Below are positions 1 through 11,309 of a DNA stretch of 64,000 nt, one piece after another. Source of the stretch: Octopus vulgaris (Eukaryota). The stretch is taken from assembly GCA_951406725.2 (NCBI GenBank), contig OX597816.1, positions 166,222,001 to 166,286,000 of the forward strand, given 5' to 3'. The notes below the pieces were generated by a model. The model was not told the DNA's origin and did not search any database. It was given only the letters and a program-made list of their open reading frames with translations. The translations under genes and the position numbers were made by a program. Numbering within the stretch: position 1 is the first letter of the stretch; each line of letters starts with the position of its first letter.

Positions 1-128
1 TGCTTTGCTGTTACAACCACTCGTTGCTTCCTGTTTGCCGTCTGATAGTAGGTAGCTGCTTGCAATGCAACCACGTATTCTTGAATCGTAGCAGATATGT
101 TGTTACTTTCTTTTAAAAAAATAATAAT

Positions 129-376
129 AAATGCGCCCTTTTAAAGCCTAGCCAAGGTCATGGGCACGGTACCCCGGTTTCTATGGCGTATGTGTTCCCC
201 AGCTGGACGGGACGCCAGTCCATCGCAGCGTTACTCATTTTTGCCAGCTGATGGACTGGAGCAACGTGAAATGAAGTGTTTTACTCAAGAACACAACGCG
301 TCACCCGGTCCAGTAATCGAAACCACAATCTTACGATCATGATGCTGACACCCTAACCACTAAGCCACGTGCCTCC
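129..376 (-). mobile_element. tRNA-derived SINE with CORE-like middle and V-domain-like 3' part
   Basis: The minus strand starts GGAGGCACGTGGCTTAGTGGTTAGG (tRNA A box) and contains TTCTTGAGTAAAACAC and GCGATGGACTGGCGTCCCGTCCAG. The same family occurs on + at about 58950-59165. Confidence 0.75.
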
Positions 377-789
377 ACACTTTCTTTTTACTAACATTGA
401 ATTCTTGTAAATTCGTTTTGGTTGCAAACACCATTGTTGCAACAAACACTTGGTTTTTATATAGTCATTTTGTTTACTTTGAAAGCGACGGCATGTGAAG
501 TTGTATTTTTCAAACCTGACGCGCGAAACTCTTAAAAACAACGGTGTGTCAGGTAAAGTTATTTGATTAAAACAGATTAGAATGTGAAGGTGTGATGTAA
601 CAGAAATAGTTTATTTGGACGTTTTGTTACAGCGCACCTTGATAGCCGCTTCTTTAATTAAATAATGCTTATGTTGATCTTTCATCTCATTAGTAAAATC
701 ACCCGCAGTAATTAAAGGTGTAAAGATAGATCAAAGAGTTCTAGTTCGATCCTTTAACATAGTGGAGTGACGGTAAGCACACACACACA

Positions 790-996
790 CCTTGTGAGTG
801 AATTTGGTAGAAAGAAACTGAAGGAAGGCTATCGACTGTTTACGTCCCCGTAAACTAGTGTTTGATGAAAGAGGCCGATAGCATAAGTACCAATTTTTTT
901 TTTTTTAATTAGTACTGAGGTCAATTCTTTTGACTAATATTCTTCGAGATGGTGCCCAAGGATGTCTGCAGTCTAATAACTGAAGCAAGTAAAAGA
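790..996 (+). mobile_element. degraded partial CORE-SINE
   Basis: Resembles the body and tail of the 3266-3653 family (CCTTGTGAGTG...AAGTAC...GAAGCAAGTAAAAGA). Confidence 0.6.
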
Positions 997-1120
997 ACTA
1001 AATAGTAAAATAGTATAATTTTCAGTGATTAGAAATAGTAATTTATAGAACGTTGACGTTAAAAACAGAGACATGTGGAGCGAAAGGCATTTTGTTTGTG
1101 AATGTCACAATACGTCAAAA

Positions 1121-2282
1121 TATTCTTTTCTATTCTAGACACAAGGCCCGAAATTTTGAGGGAGAGTACCAGTCGATTAGATCGACCCCAGTACGCGATT
1201 GGTACCTAATCTATCGACCACGAAAGGATGAAAGGCAAAGTCGGCCTCGGTGGATATTGAATTCAGAAAATAAGGACAGACGAAATACCGCTAATCATTT
1301 CGCCCGACGTGCTAACGTTTCTTATTTCTTTATTGCCTACAAGGGGCTAAACATAGGAGGGACAAACAAGTACAGACAAAGGGATTAATCGATTACATCG
1401 ACCCAGTACGCGACTAGTACTTAATCTATCGACCCCGAAAGGATGAAAGGCAAAGTCGACCTCGGCGGAATTTGAACTCAGAACATAACGGCAGACGAAA
1501 TACCTATTTCTTTACTACCCACAAGGGGCTAAACACAGAGAGGACAAACAAGGACAGACAAACGAATTAAGTCGATTATATTGACCCCAGTGCGTAACTG
1601 GTACTTATTTAATCGACCCCGAAAGGAAGAAAGGCAAAGTGGACCTCGGTGGAATTTGAACTCAGAATGTAACGGCAGACGAAATACCACTAAGCATTTC
1701 GCCCGACGTGCTAACGTTTCTTATTTCTTTATTGCCCACAAGGGGCTAAACATAGAGGGAACAAACAAGGACAGACAAAGGGATTAAGTCGATTAGATCT
1801 ACCCTAGTGCGTAAATGGTACTTAATTTATCGACCCCGAAAGGATGAAAGGCAAAGTCGACCTAGGCGGAATTTGAACTCAGAACGTAAAGACAGACGAA
1901 CTACCTATTTCTTTACTACCCACTAGGGGTGGAATTTGAACTCAGAACGTAGCGGCAGACGAACTACCGCTAAGCATTTCGCCCGCTGTGCTAACGTTTC
2001 TTATTTCTTTATTGCCCACAAGGGGCTACACACAGAGGGGACAAACAAGGACAAACAAACGGATTATGTCGATTATATCGACCTCAGTGCGTAACTGGTA
2101 CTTATTTAATCGAAACCGAAAGGATGAAAGGCAAAGTCGACCAAGGCGGAATTTGAACTCAGAATGTAAAGACAGACGAACTACCTATTTCTTTACTACC
2201 CACAGAACGTAGCAGCAGACGGACTAAGCATTTCGCTAAGCATTTCGCCCGCTGTGCTAACGTTTCTGCGAGCTCGCCGCCT
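1121..2282 (-). mobile_element. tandem multimer of Meta-domain SINE units
   Basis: About 7-8 full or partial units of roughly 160-200 bp carry the Meta-domain-like GCCTTTCATCCTTTCGGGGTCGATAAATTAAGTACC (minus strand). The tRNA-like head GGCGGCGAGCT is at 2282. Confidence 0.85.
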
Positions 2283-2618
2283 AACAAGGCGTCAAAATAT
2301 TATATTTTGATTGGGTAAAACAATTTTTAGTTGAGCTGAGTTTTCGCTCTGAATTAAATTTAAAAAGAAAAGAGGTCATTGGTTCATCATTCATTGTATT
2401 TCGAGGACTGATGAAAAGAGGTAACCACTACCAATGTATGTAACATCCTCATAACACTGTTATAAACGGGAAATAGATCTAAATCCAAAACTTCACCTTG
2501 AAAAACTCGATTTTCAACAAGATTTTGAAGAGGAGCTATGTTCAGTATGAACAATAACGATTAATTATGATTATTTTTAATAAGTATAAAATATGCAATT
2601 AATTAGAATATATAACTA

Positions 2619-2778
2619 AGAAGGAGTGGCTGTGTGGAAAGTAGTTTGCTTACCAACCACATCGTTCCGGGTTCAGTCCCACTGCGTGGCACCGTCGGCA
2701 AGTGTCTTCTACTATGGCCTAGGGCCGACCAAAGCCTTGTGAGTGGATTTGGTAGACAGAAACTGAAAGAAGCCCGTC

Positions 2779-2834
<56 letters not shown>

Positions 2835-2941
2835 ATCACGTGACCGACCAGACCATCAGATGTTGTTACACATCGCTGATCACAATGCGTTCGCATTGTT
2901 TTAGCCTCCGAATGACGCCACCACGCTAGCTAAGCGAGCAG

Positions 2942-3016
<75 letters not shown>

Positions 3017-3240
3017 GTGTGTATATGTTTGGGTGTCTGTATTTGTCCCCTCAACATCGCTTGACAACCGATGCTGGTGTGCTTACATTCCTGTAACTTA
3101 GCGGTTCGGCAAAAGAGACCGATTGAATAAGTACTAGGCTTACAAAGAATAAGTCCTGGGGTCGATTTGCACGACTAAAAGGCGGTGCTCCAGCGTGGCC
3201 ACACTCAAATGACTGAAACCAGTAAAAGAGTAAAAGAGTA
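2619..3240 (+). mobile_element. CORE-type SINE with internal (TA)n tract carrying a nested insertion
   Basis: Head GGAGTGGCTGTGTGG...GGTTCAGTCCC, CORE-like GGCAAGTGTCTT, and tail GGCGGTGCTCCAGC...GACTGAAAC...GTAAAAGA. Confidence 0.85.
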
Positions 3241-3265
3241 TTGAGTTTACGGTCGTAATAAACTA

Positions 3266-3653
3266 GGCTGTGTGGTAAGTAGCTTGCCTACCAACCACAT
3301 GGTTCCGGGTTCAGTCCCACTGCGTGGCACCTTGGGCAAGTGTCTTCTACTATAGCCTCGGGTCGACCAAAGCCTTGTGAGTGGATTTGGTAGACGGAAA
3401 CTGAAAGAAGCCCGTCGTATATATGTATATATATATATGCGTGTGTGTGTTTGTGTGTCTGTGTTTGTCCCCTAGCATTGCTTGACAACCGATGCTGGTG
3501 TGTTTATGTCCCCGTTACTTAGCGGTTCGGCAAAATAGACCGATAGAATAAGTACTGGGCTTACAAAAGAATAAGTCCCGGGGTCGAGTTGCTCGATTAA
3601 AGGCGGTGCTCCAGCATGGCCGCAGTCAAATGACTGAAACAAGTAAAAGAGTA
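3266..3653 (+). mobile_element. CORE-type SINE (intronic)
   Basis: Near full-length copy with CACCTTGGGCAAGTGTCTT and the CR1-like tail. Confidence 0.9.
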
Positions 3654-3672
3654 TGGAATAAAATGTACTTAC

Positions 3673-4135
3673 CAAATGCTAGGCTGACAAAAATTCTACC
3701 AGGTAAAGTGTAATATACTCCAGTCGTCTGAAGAATCGACCCAATAATATGCAGGACACCAGATAACAAAATGGTCTTCTTTCGTCCAATTTTGTCCGAC
3801 AATTGGCCACAGACGATGGAACCAAGCATAGCTGCTCCGCTCGTAACTCCTACTAAACGTTCTTTCCAGCGTATTTCACCAGGGAAATCTTTCTTTAACA
3901 GCAGGTAACCAGATACGGCCAACATCTGATAACCCATCAGGAATGACATACATAAGCAGCACAGCATCAACGCAACAAACCGTGAAGTTATTTTCGGTTC
4001 GTTTGTTTCTGTTTTCCGGGGATCGTTCGCTTGTTGTTCATTAGATTCCTGTGGTTTCGATACCAGCTCCATAGGGTCTGTCTTCGCTGAGTCTTTTTCG
4101 TGCGAAGAACGAGTCAGTTCGTCGATAAGCGTCAT
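3673..4135 (-). CDS. first coding exon of an MFS sugar porter, proton/myo-inositol cotransporter (SLC2A13/HMIT)-like
   Basis: ATG at 4135 with an in-frame TGA upstream. Encodes TM1 FLMGYQMLAVSG, WKERLVGVTSGAAMLGSIVCG, sugar-porter motif A GQLSDKIGRKK and TM4 GRIFVSLAFG. It ends at a consensus donor TTG|GTAAGT; 463 nt gives a phase-1 intron. I could not identify downstream exons in 1-3672. Confidence 0.88.
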
Positions 4136-4209
4136 AATGTTCACACTTCTGCTTAAGATGTGTTTTGTTTGAGTAACTGATTCTCAGAAGCAGTTTTTAT
4201 ATTCAAACG

Positions 4210-4236
4210 CTGAAAGAAGAACAAAAATAGACATTT
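4210..4236 (-). promoter_or_regulatory. splice acceptor upstream of the ATG-containing exon (5' UTR intron)
   Basis: Minus strand TCTATTTTTGTTCTTCTTTCAG|CGTTTG, 74 nt upstream of the ATG. Confidence 0.6.
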
Positions 4237-4389
4237 TATTTTAGACTAATCGCACATGCAGAACATAGTGATAAAGAAAATAATAATAACAATAATAATA
4301 ATAATAACAGAGTAATAATAGAGAGAGCGAGAGAAACAATGAGGGAAGGTGAGACATATAGAAGAGAAGCGACAGAGTCAGAGTTGAAG

Positions 4390-4619
4390 GAGGAGAAAGG
4401 AAGGAAGAAAGAAGGAAGAGAAGGAAAGAAAAGAAGAAAGAAAGAAAGAAAGGAAGGAAGGAAGAAAGGAAGAAAGAAAGGAAGAAAGAAGGAAAGAAAG
4501 AAAGGAAGAAAGAAAGAAAGAAGGAAAGAAAGAAAGGAAGAAAGAAGGAAAGAAAGGAAGAAGGAAGGAAGGAAAGAAAGAAGGAAAGAAAGAAAAAAGA
4601 AAGAAAGAAGGAAAGAAAA

Positions 4620-4651
<32 letters not shown>

Positions 4652-4783
4652 GAAGAAGGAAAGAAGGAAAGGAAGAAAAGTAGAAAGAAAGAAGGAAAGA
4701 AAGAAAGAACGAAGGAAAGAAGGAAGGAAAGAAGGAAAGAAAGAAAGAAAGAAAGGAAGAAAGAAAGAAAGAAAGAAAGAAAG
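4390..4783. repeat. (GAAA/GGAA)n polypurine tract
   Basis: About 400 bp of almost pure A/G. Confidence 0.95.
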
Positions 4784-5305
4784 CGAGCGAACAATAAAGA
4801 GAACAAATGAAAATAATTCCCGTAAACAAATTTCACAAAATGTGAGAAACATGTTTATTCGTTTATACGTTTCTTTATTGTTCTTCTTGTCGTTGTAGTC
4901 GATGTCACCGTCGTGGTGGTGTTTAACGAAGCTGTGATCACAAATATTTCAGCCTTGACAATCCTTTCCTAGATTCGGATAATGCTTATCTAGAACTTAC
5001 CCGAAGGTGGTGTGACTTTTTCTCGTTTTCTTTTGATACAAAAAAAGAAAAAACAAAAAAAAACAACAAACAAACAAAAAACAGAAGATGGAGGATGGTT
5101 CTGGGGTTGGGCGGTGGGGTTCAAGGTTTTTTTTTTTTTATAAAGAAAAATTGTTCTTTTAAACTTTCTGATGCACCGAATAACAAATAAAACAAAATGT
5201 GCGCGTGCGCGCGTGCGCGCGCGCTCATGTGAGCATGTGCTTGCGTGTATGTATGTATGTATGTATGTATGTATGTATGTATGATGTATGTATGTATGTT
5301 TATGT

Positions 5306-5855
5306 CAGGTCACTTTCGAGTGCTACTGGTAACATGTAACCCAGTACAACCTGTTGCATGGTCGGGCCGTCGGGGACTAAACCGGCAACCCCACCAAGCT
5401 TGCTTGGTGAGGAGGGTGTTTATTGGACACCCTGCAGGACGAAAAACAAAACCCGCCAAAGGGCGGAGAAACTCTTGAGAGTCAACGGCCATCCAATAAA
5501 TGTCTTAAGGCTGTATCATGCGCGGGGACATAGAAATAATCGGACTGAATACCCGATCGCGCGGTTAAACCATTGGGAGTGAAGGACTCCTAGCCTTTGT
5601 TAAGGCATCCTTCTAGGAGAAGGTAACTCAGGTAACTGGGATAACTCCGACATAAAACCTGCGGCTCAGTGGTTACCGATGATGTTGACTTGTTCTTCTT
5701 TTCGGATTATGGCTGCTGTTGCTTAGTGAGTGGGATTGACTCAGTGCAGAGCCTTTCCTCACTTTAAAAAAATTCTTCTTGCAGGCATTGCACGATAACA
5801 ACATTGATTAAGCTTCGTGCAATGGCCATACTCGATAGCGAGGGGGCAGCCACCA
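5306..5855 (+). mobile_element. non-autonomous RTE-tailed element inserted in (ATGT)n
   Basis: The 3' end CTTCGTGCAATGGCCATACTCGATAGCGAGGGGGCAGCCA is nearly identical to the RTE end at 18752-18791. It has no RT ORF and is flanked by (ATGT)n on both sides. Confidence 0.75.
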
Positions 5856-7024
5856 TGTATGTATGTATGTATGTATGTATGTATGTATGTATGTATGTAT
5901 GTATGTATGTATGTATGTATGTATGTATGCATGTATGTATGTTTGTATGTATGCATGTATGTATGTAGGTATGTGTGTGCATGTGTGTATATCATTGGAT
6001 ATGTACGGTATATATGTGTGTACACACACACACATATATGCATATCAAAATAAGCAACAAGGATATCCAGAGGTAATGGAGTACGATCGTTTCATGCAAC
6101 ACCATTTAATTGAACAATGCAATCATTACATCAATTTAAAATGCAAAGCAATCTTCAGCTGCACGAAGACATAGAATTTAATTAAATTAGAACAGATGGA
6201 CACATTAGTATAATTATACCTAAATTCTCCAAGAAGTTAAGGAGATAGACAAAGAACATGCTGTCTCACTCCAGTTTAGAAGTTACTGAATTTTCAAGAA
6301 GATATACATTGTTACAGACTCTGCTTGTTACCGATCTTTTGTTTTTATGGGGTCAGCTTTTATGGGGTCAGTTTTAATTTACAGACTAGTTTATGAAATC
6401 CCTTGTATATTTAAGGCTTAGGGAACAGAGGGGTAAGGCTGAGAGAGCAGACAGACATCATAGCTAGTATAGTCATAAAAATCAAGATTTATTAGAAGCA
6501 ATATCATGAGGTTTGGCAAAGGAAAACTTAAAACAAGATGTGAATTACTTCACCATGGTTAACAGCAAACAACCTGCGAAAACCTCCTGTACCAAGTGAA
6601 CCCGGCAGTAGCATTGTAGCCACCAGTTCTTATACATGTGCCTCAACCGGCTCTGCATTACAGCCACAACTTCTTGATACAGCATTTCAACTATCATGTA
6701 CCTTGACTACGAACTGGTATTTATCATCCGTGTGTCTGAACATTCTTCTAAGGTCATATTATAGACTCTTTCAACGCTCTTGCACACGCACTTCGTATAC
6801 ATGACGGCCTGTCTATCATTATGTATATACATGACGCATACACACACATGTTAACATATAAATAAAATCTTCTCTTAAACATTCTACTCGGTTGTGACTC
6901 TCTTCCTTCTGGCACTTATATTCATTTATTTTTTTTTCATATATATTGTATTGACCTTGTGATGTGCAAAGGAGCCATTCTCGTCACCTCCCCTTCGCAC
7001 GGTCATTTACATATATATATATAG

Positions 7025-7093
<69 letters not shown>

Positions 7094-7098
<5 letters not shown>

Positions 7099-7255
7099 TA
7101 ATCCAAACAAGAAAACAAAAAGACAACAACGCGAGAATGTGGAACAAATAAAGTATTATTGGGCGCTCAGGAAAGAAGGGAAGAAGGAGGGTATGACGTT
7201 TCGAGCGGAGCTCTTCGTCGGAAACATAGGAGAAAGAAAGATCCCGAGGTGGGAG

Positions 7256-7259
<4 letters not shown>
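7094..7259 (-). mobile_element. Penelope-type terminal module with degenerate minimal hammerhead, in (TA)n
   Basis: Minus strand GTTT-CCGACGA-A-GAGC-TCC-GCTC-GAAA-CG-TC. Related copies lie at 16085-16300, 35910-36065 and 43275-43470. Confidence 0.6.
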
Positions 7260-7349
<90 letters not shown>

Positions 7350-7370
7350 ATCTGTGTGTGCATGTGGGTA

Positions 7371-7408
<38 letters not shown>

Positions 7409-7732
7409 CAACGGTATTATCTGGAAAATGGAGTAGATCAGCTTATGACCGAGTTTTGAATCCTCGAATGAGAATCGTCTCTTTTTTCATAAATGTTTCA
7501 CTTCAAACACAGTGTTGCTATCCACACACACACACACGCAAACACACACACACGCACACACACACACATGTACACGCACGGGCGTATACATACAAGCCCG
7601 CATACATACATATACATTCACAAAACACATACATACAGATACACACACACAGATCCATATACATACATAAATGCATTCATACACATACATAAACGCAGAT
7701 ACCTTCATTCATTCATACATACATACATGCAC

Positions 7733-8345
7733 AAATACAAGGTCAAGTTTATACCTGTAATTATTGGGGCCCTGGGATATGTAACACACTGCCTAAATAC
7801 CAATCTTGAGAAATTAGGCTTCTAAAAACCAGAAAGGAGAAAGCTAATTCAAGGATTATAGATCCAATCCATCAATGGAACTGTAAAAATCTGTAAAACT
7901 TTCCAGAAGTTTATCATTTAAGTGTATATGAGCATGTCTAGATATGTAACTATATGCATAGGAATACATACATAAAACATACAAATTTGCACGTATACAA
8001 ACATATATATATACATACATACATACATACATACATACATGCATGCATGCATATATACATACATACATACATACATACATACATACAGACATACATACAT
8101 ACATACATACATTCATACATACATACATACATGCATACATACATATATACATACATGCATACATACATACATACATACATACATACATACATACATACAT
8201 ACATACATACATACATACATACATACATACAAATATAAATACCCCGTTGTTGATATTGAAATTCTAATGAAGGTACCTTGAATTTACGTTAGAAACCGGT
8301 TCTTTCTCTATTGGCAAGAAATCTTGAAATAAAACTGAACAATGA
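7733..8345 (+). mobile_element. 3' fragment of an RLE-type non-LTR retrotransposon (Dong/R4-like) with microsatellite-containing 3' UTR
   Basis: YKVKFIPVIIGALGYVTHCLNTNLEKLGF* is a typical C-terminus of the restriction-like endonuclease; premature stops are present. Confidence 0.7.
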
Positions 8346-8538
8346 CATACATATATGCACGCATGTATGCACACATTTCTGCACTGGTACAGGATTTTAA
8401 ATTTTTTATGATATTTTTTTTATTTGTAATTCACTACGTGCATTTCACTAAATAATTTACGTGCATTTCACTAAACAATTAGAAAAGGAAATGACGCGCG
8501 CGCACATACACACACGTATGAAAATACTTATAAACAGC

Positions 8539-8852
8539 GGAGGCGCAATGGCCCAGTGGTTAGGGCAGCGGACTCGCGGTCATAGGATCGCGGTTTCGAT
8601 TCCCAGACCGGGCGTTGTGAGTGCTTATTGAGCGAAAACACCTAAAAGCTCACCGATGGTGGTGATCCCTGCTGTACTCTTTCACCACAACTTTCTCTCA
8701 CTCTTACTTCCTGTTTCTGTTGTACCTGTATTTCAAAGGGTACACGTGTCTGTGGAGTGCTCAGTCACTTACACGTTAATTTCACGAGCAGGCTGTTCCG
8801 TTGATTCGGATCAACCGGAACCCTCGTTGTCGTAACCGACGGAGTGCTTCCA
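8539..8852 (+). mobile_element. tRNA(Arg-like)-headed SINE
   Basis: Starts GGAGGCGCAATGGCCCAGTGGTTAGGGCAGCGGACTCGCGG...GGTTTCGATTCC and ends CGTAACCGACGGAGTGC. A closely related copy is at 56643-56982. Confidence 0.85.
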
Positions 8853-9859
8853 TCCATCCACTTATAAACACAACGTATGGTTATTATGTATTATATGGGC
8901 GTATAAGTTTGTGTGTGTATGTGTTTGTTTACTTGTGTGTGTGTGTGTGTAGATAAGTTAGATATGTTTCGGTTAAAATTGTTTCCCAGTACATTAAATT
9001 TATTATTAGCATTACACAAACTAATACACCTGTTTGTTGTTTATACACCTGTCTTCGTCTTTTGTTTTTCTGTAAATTTCAACTATATATACACATAGAA
9101 ATATATATAATTCGTTAAGTGGTTGTGTTAACCTTATGAAGAGATGGTTTCATCGAAGGAAATACTGGTTCAATATCAGGTATTTGGGGTGAATTAATTA
9201 CCATACACGGGCATCACCGATGCAATTACTTTCATTATAATATCCTTACTTCAAATGTTGAGTTTTAGTGAATGATCCTGCTGTCTTCAATGCCTGTCTA
9301 TCGCGTGTGGTGGGTGGATCGTCAAGTTGCCGCACGCATTTTTAGTAGCTTAGAGTAGGCTCGAATTAGAGATTATTCTTTGTGGCTAATGGCGTAAGTC
9401 CTGATTGGAAGAAGAAAGAAGACAGCAGGTGCTACTGCCACTACCACCACTGACACAAAATAACAACAAAGACAACTGTAACATAATCAACCATGACAGT
9501 ATCAACAATGATGACAATTCCATAAAAGAAAAAAAATATCCTTCGCGTATGTTACAGATCAATGGATTTCTCATTCTCTCGAAGGTAGAGCAGACGCCGT
9601 TTAAAAATATGAAAACGATGTTATTCGCTCTGGAATCATTTTAATCGTAGAAGAGAAGGTGCTGTGTACCAGAAACGAAAAAAGATGCATATTTTAGGAG
9701 TGGATCAATCAAAGAAGAAAGAAGCCATAGTAGCCATCCCCATCCGAAATCGAGAAATGTCTGAAAATGTATAACCTTCCGTAAAATACATCACCCGAGG
9801 AAATCAACACGGGGCGGCTGTAGCCAGGAAGCGCGAGGGTCAGTTTATGCTATACCTAT

Positions 9860-10110
9860 TAGGTAGCCTAGTAAAAACGCTAAATATGATGTGGATGACC
9901 GACTGTGATATGACCACGTCCATCTTGGTGAATTTGGGAAATCGAGGCAAAGCCTGTCAGATAGTTGGAAATGCCTGAAAAAGTTTGCGAGGCTTTTGTC
10001 CCCAACTCTCCTCTCCGCTACTTCCACATAAATCTCTGCTTGTGTCCAAGGCCCCATTCCAATCACCCACTAACACTAATGAGCGAGATGTTGCAAGGAA
10101 AGCTCGAAAG
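9860..10110 (-). mobile_element. L1/Tx1 APE endonuclease remnant
   Basis: RSLVLVGDWNGALD and FQLSDRLCLDFPNSPRWTWS are GDxN and xTW endonuclease motifs, split over two frames. Confidence 0.7.
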
Positions 10111-11309
10111 ACAGCCACAAGATTCAACTCCGACCAATTTCTGAATGTCGAATGTTGTGTGACCAAAGAAGATAGAAAGATCCAAGTAGAATAGAGAACA
10201 GAGGAAGACAGGTCTATTACAAAGAGATGTGACAGAGTGACGCCGTTGTAGGATGGCGAGAGGAGGTACTTGGCTGAGAGAAGTAAGGCTGAGCTAGGGG
10301 GAAAGAATAAACAGGTAAAAGGAGGAGGTGATACTTGGGGAAGGGGTTTAGTGGTTTATCGATGAGGAAACCAAATGCTGAGGGTGAAAGATGGTAGAAT
10401 AGAACAATGAAGAGAAAACCGTGGGGAACTGACAAAATGGAAGGTTGAGGAGTAGAAAAATGAAGAATGAAGAATGAAATACGAAAAGACAGAAATATTA
10501 GAAAAAAACTAACTTAAAGAAAAAAATTAAGAAATTGAAAAATGAAATTAAAATGAAAACGAAAAGATGACGAGGAACTGAAGTATTAATATAAATATAT
10601 TTATATGAACAGTGAACAGAGGGGAGGTCTTTGGAAATCCAAAGGGGAAGACGGGTTACAAAGGGGTGGAGAGAAATAAGGGGATGATATGAGTCACTTT
10701 ATGGAAGAAAGGGCATTGTACTAACAAAATTTGGAAGAAGGACAGTCATAAAACATCAGTGTTTGTAGTCAGGTTAACACACATTACCATATTAGCATTG
10801 TATATAGGTTAAAAATTCTTCAACCGTCATGTTGAAATTTGATATGGGCTTTTTAATACACATGGTCAATCTAAGACTGTAATATTTGGTGATAACTGCT
10901 ATCAAGCATTGCATGGGAATTATATTAGAAAAGGAAAGTCTGTTAGTAGTGGCCATATTGTGGAGGACAAGAGTGCTCTTCTTCGTCAGGATATAAATAC
11001 TGAAAGATTGAGAGATGCTAAGTCGAAATGGAATGGAGTCAAGTTAAAATTGTTGAAAGTCAAATTTAAATTCAGATTAATCTAATTGGACGGGTTTTGA
11101 ATTTTAAACCAATAAAAGGCCTACGGATTAAAATTTGAACAAAAGTCAAGATTTCTAAGTTTAGCATTAAAGCAAACTAATATATAAAAGAATTAAAATA
11201 AACCACCTTTCTGCTAGTTCTTGATCCCATGCTGATATCAGTTCTTGTCCTTCGAGGCAAAGAATTCCGTTCACTGAAGCTTCCACTACTTCTTGGTTGA
11301 TGAAGCGTT

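Noticed and set aside
4236-4852. Long F/L/S-rich and K/E/R-rich ORFs
   Set aside because: They are translations of the (GAAA)n tract. The same applies to the many YI/CV/HT/MYVC ORFs across the window.
6326-6856. Possible solo LTR (TGTTA...TAACA, with AATAAA on the minus strand)
   Set aside because: No matching TSD and no second copy in the window.
8539-8615. tRNA gene-like sequence (also 34664, 56643 and others)
   Set aside because: It continues into a SINE body, has no clean cloverleaf and no terminator; these are SINE heads.
10830-11300. Faint Penelope RT-like peptide on the minus strand (LTFNNF)
   Set aside because: Too degraded to support by eye.
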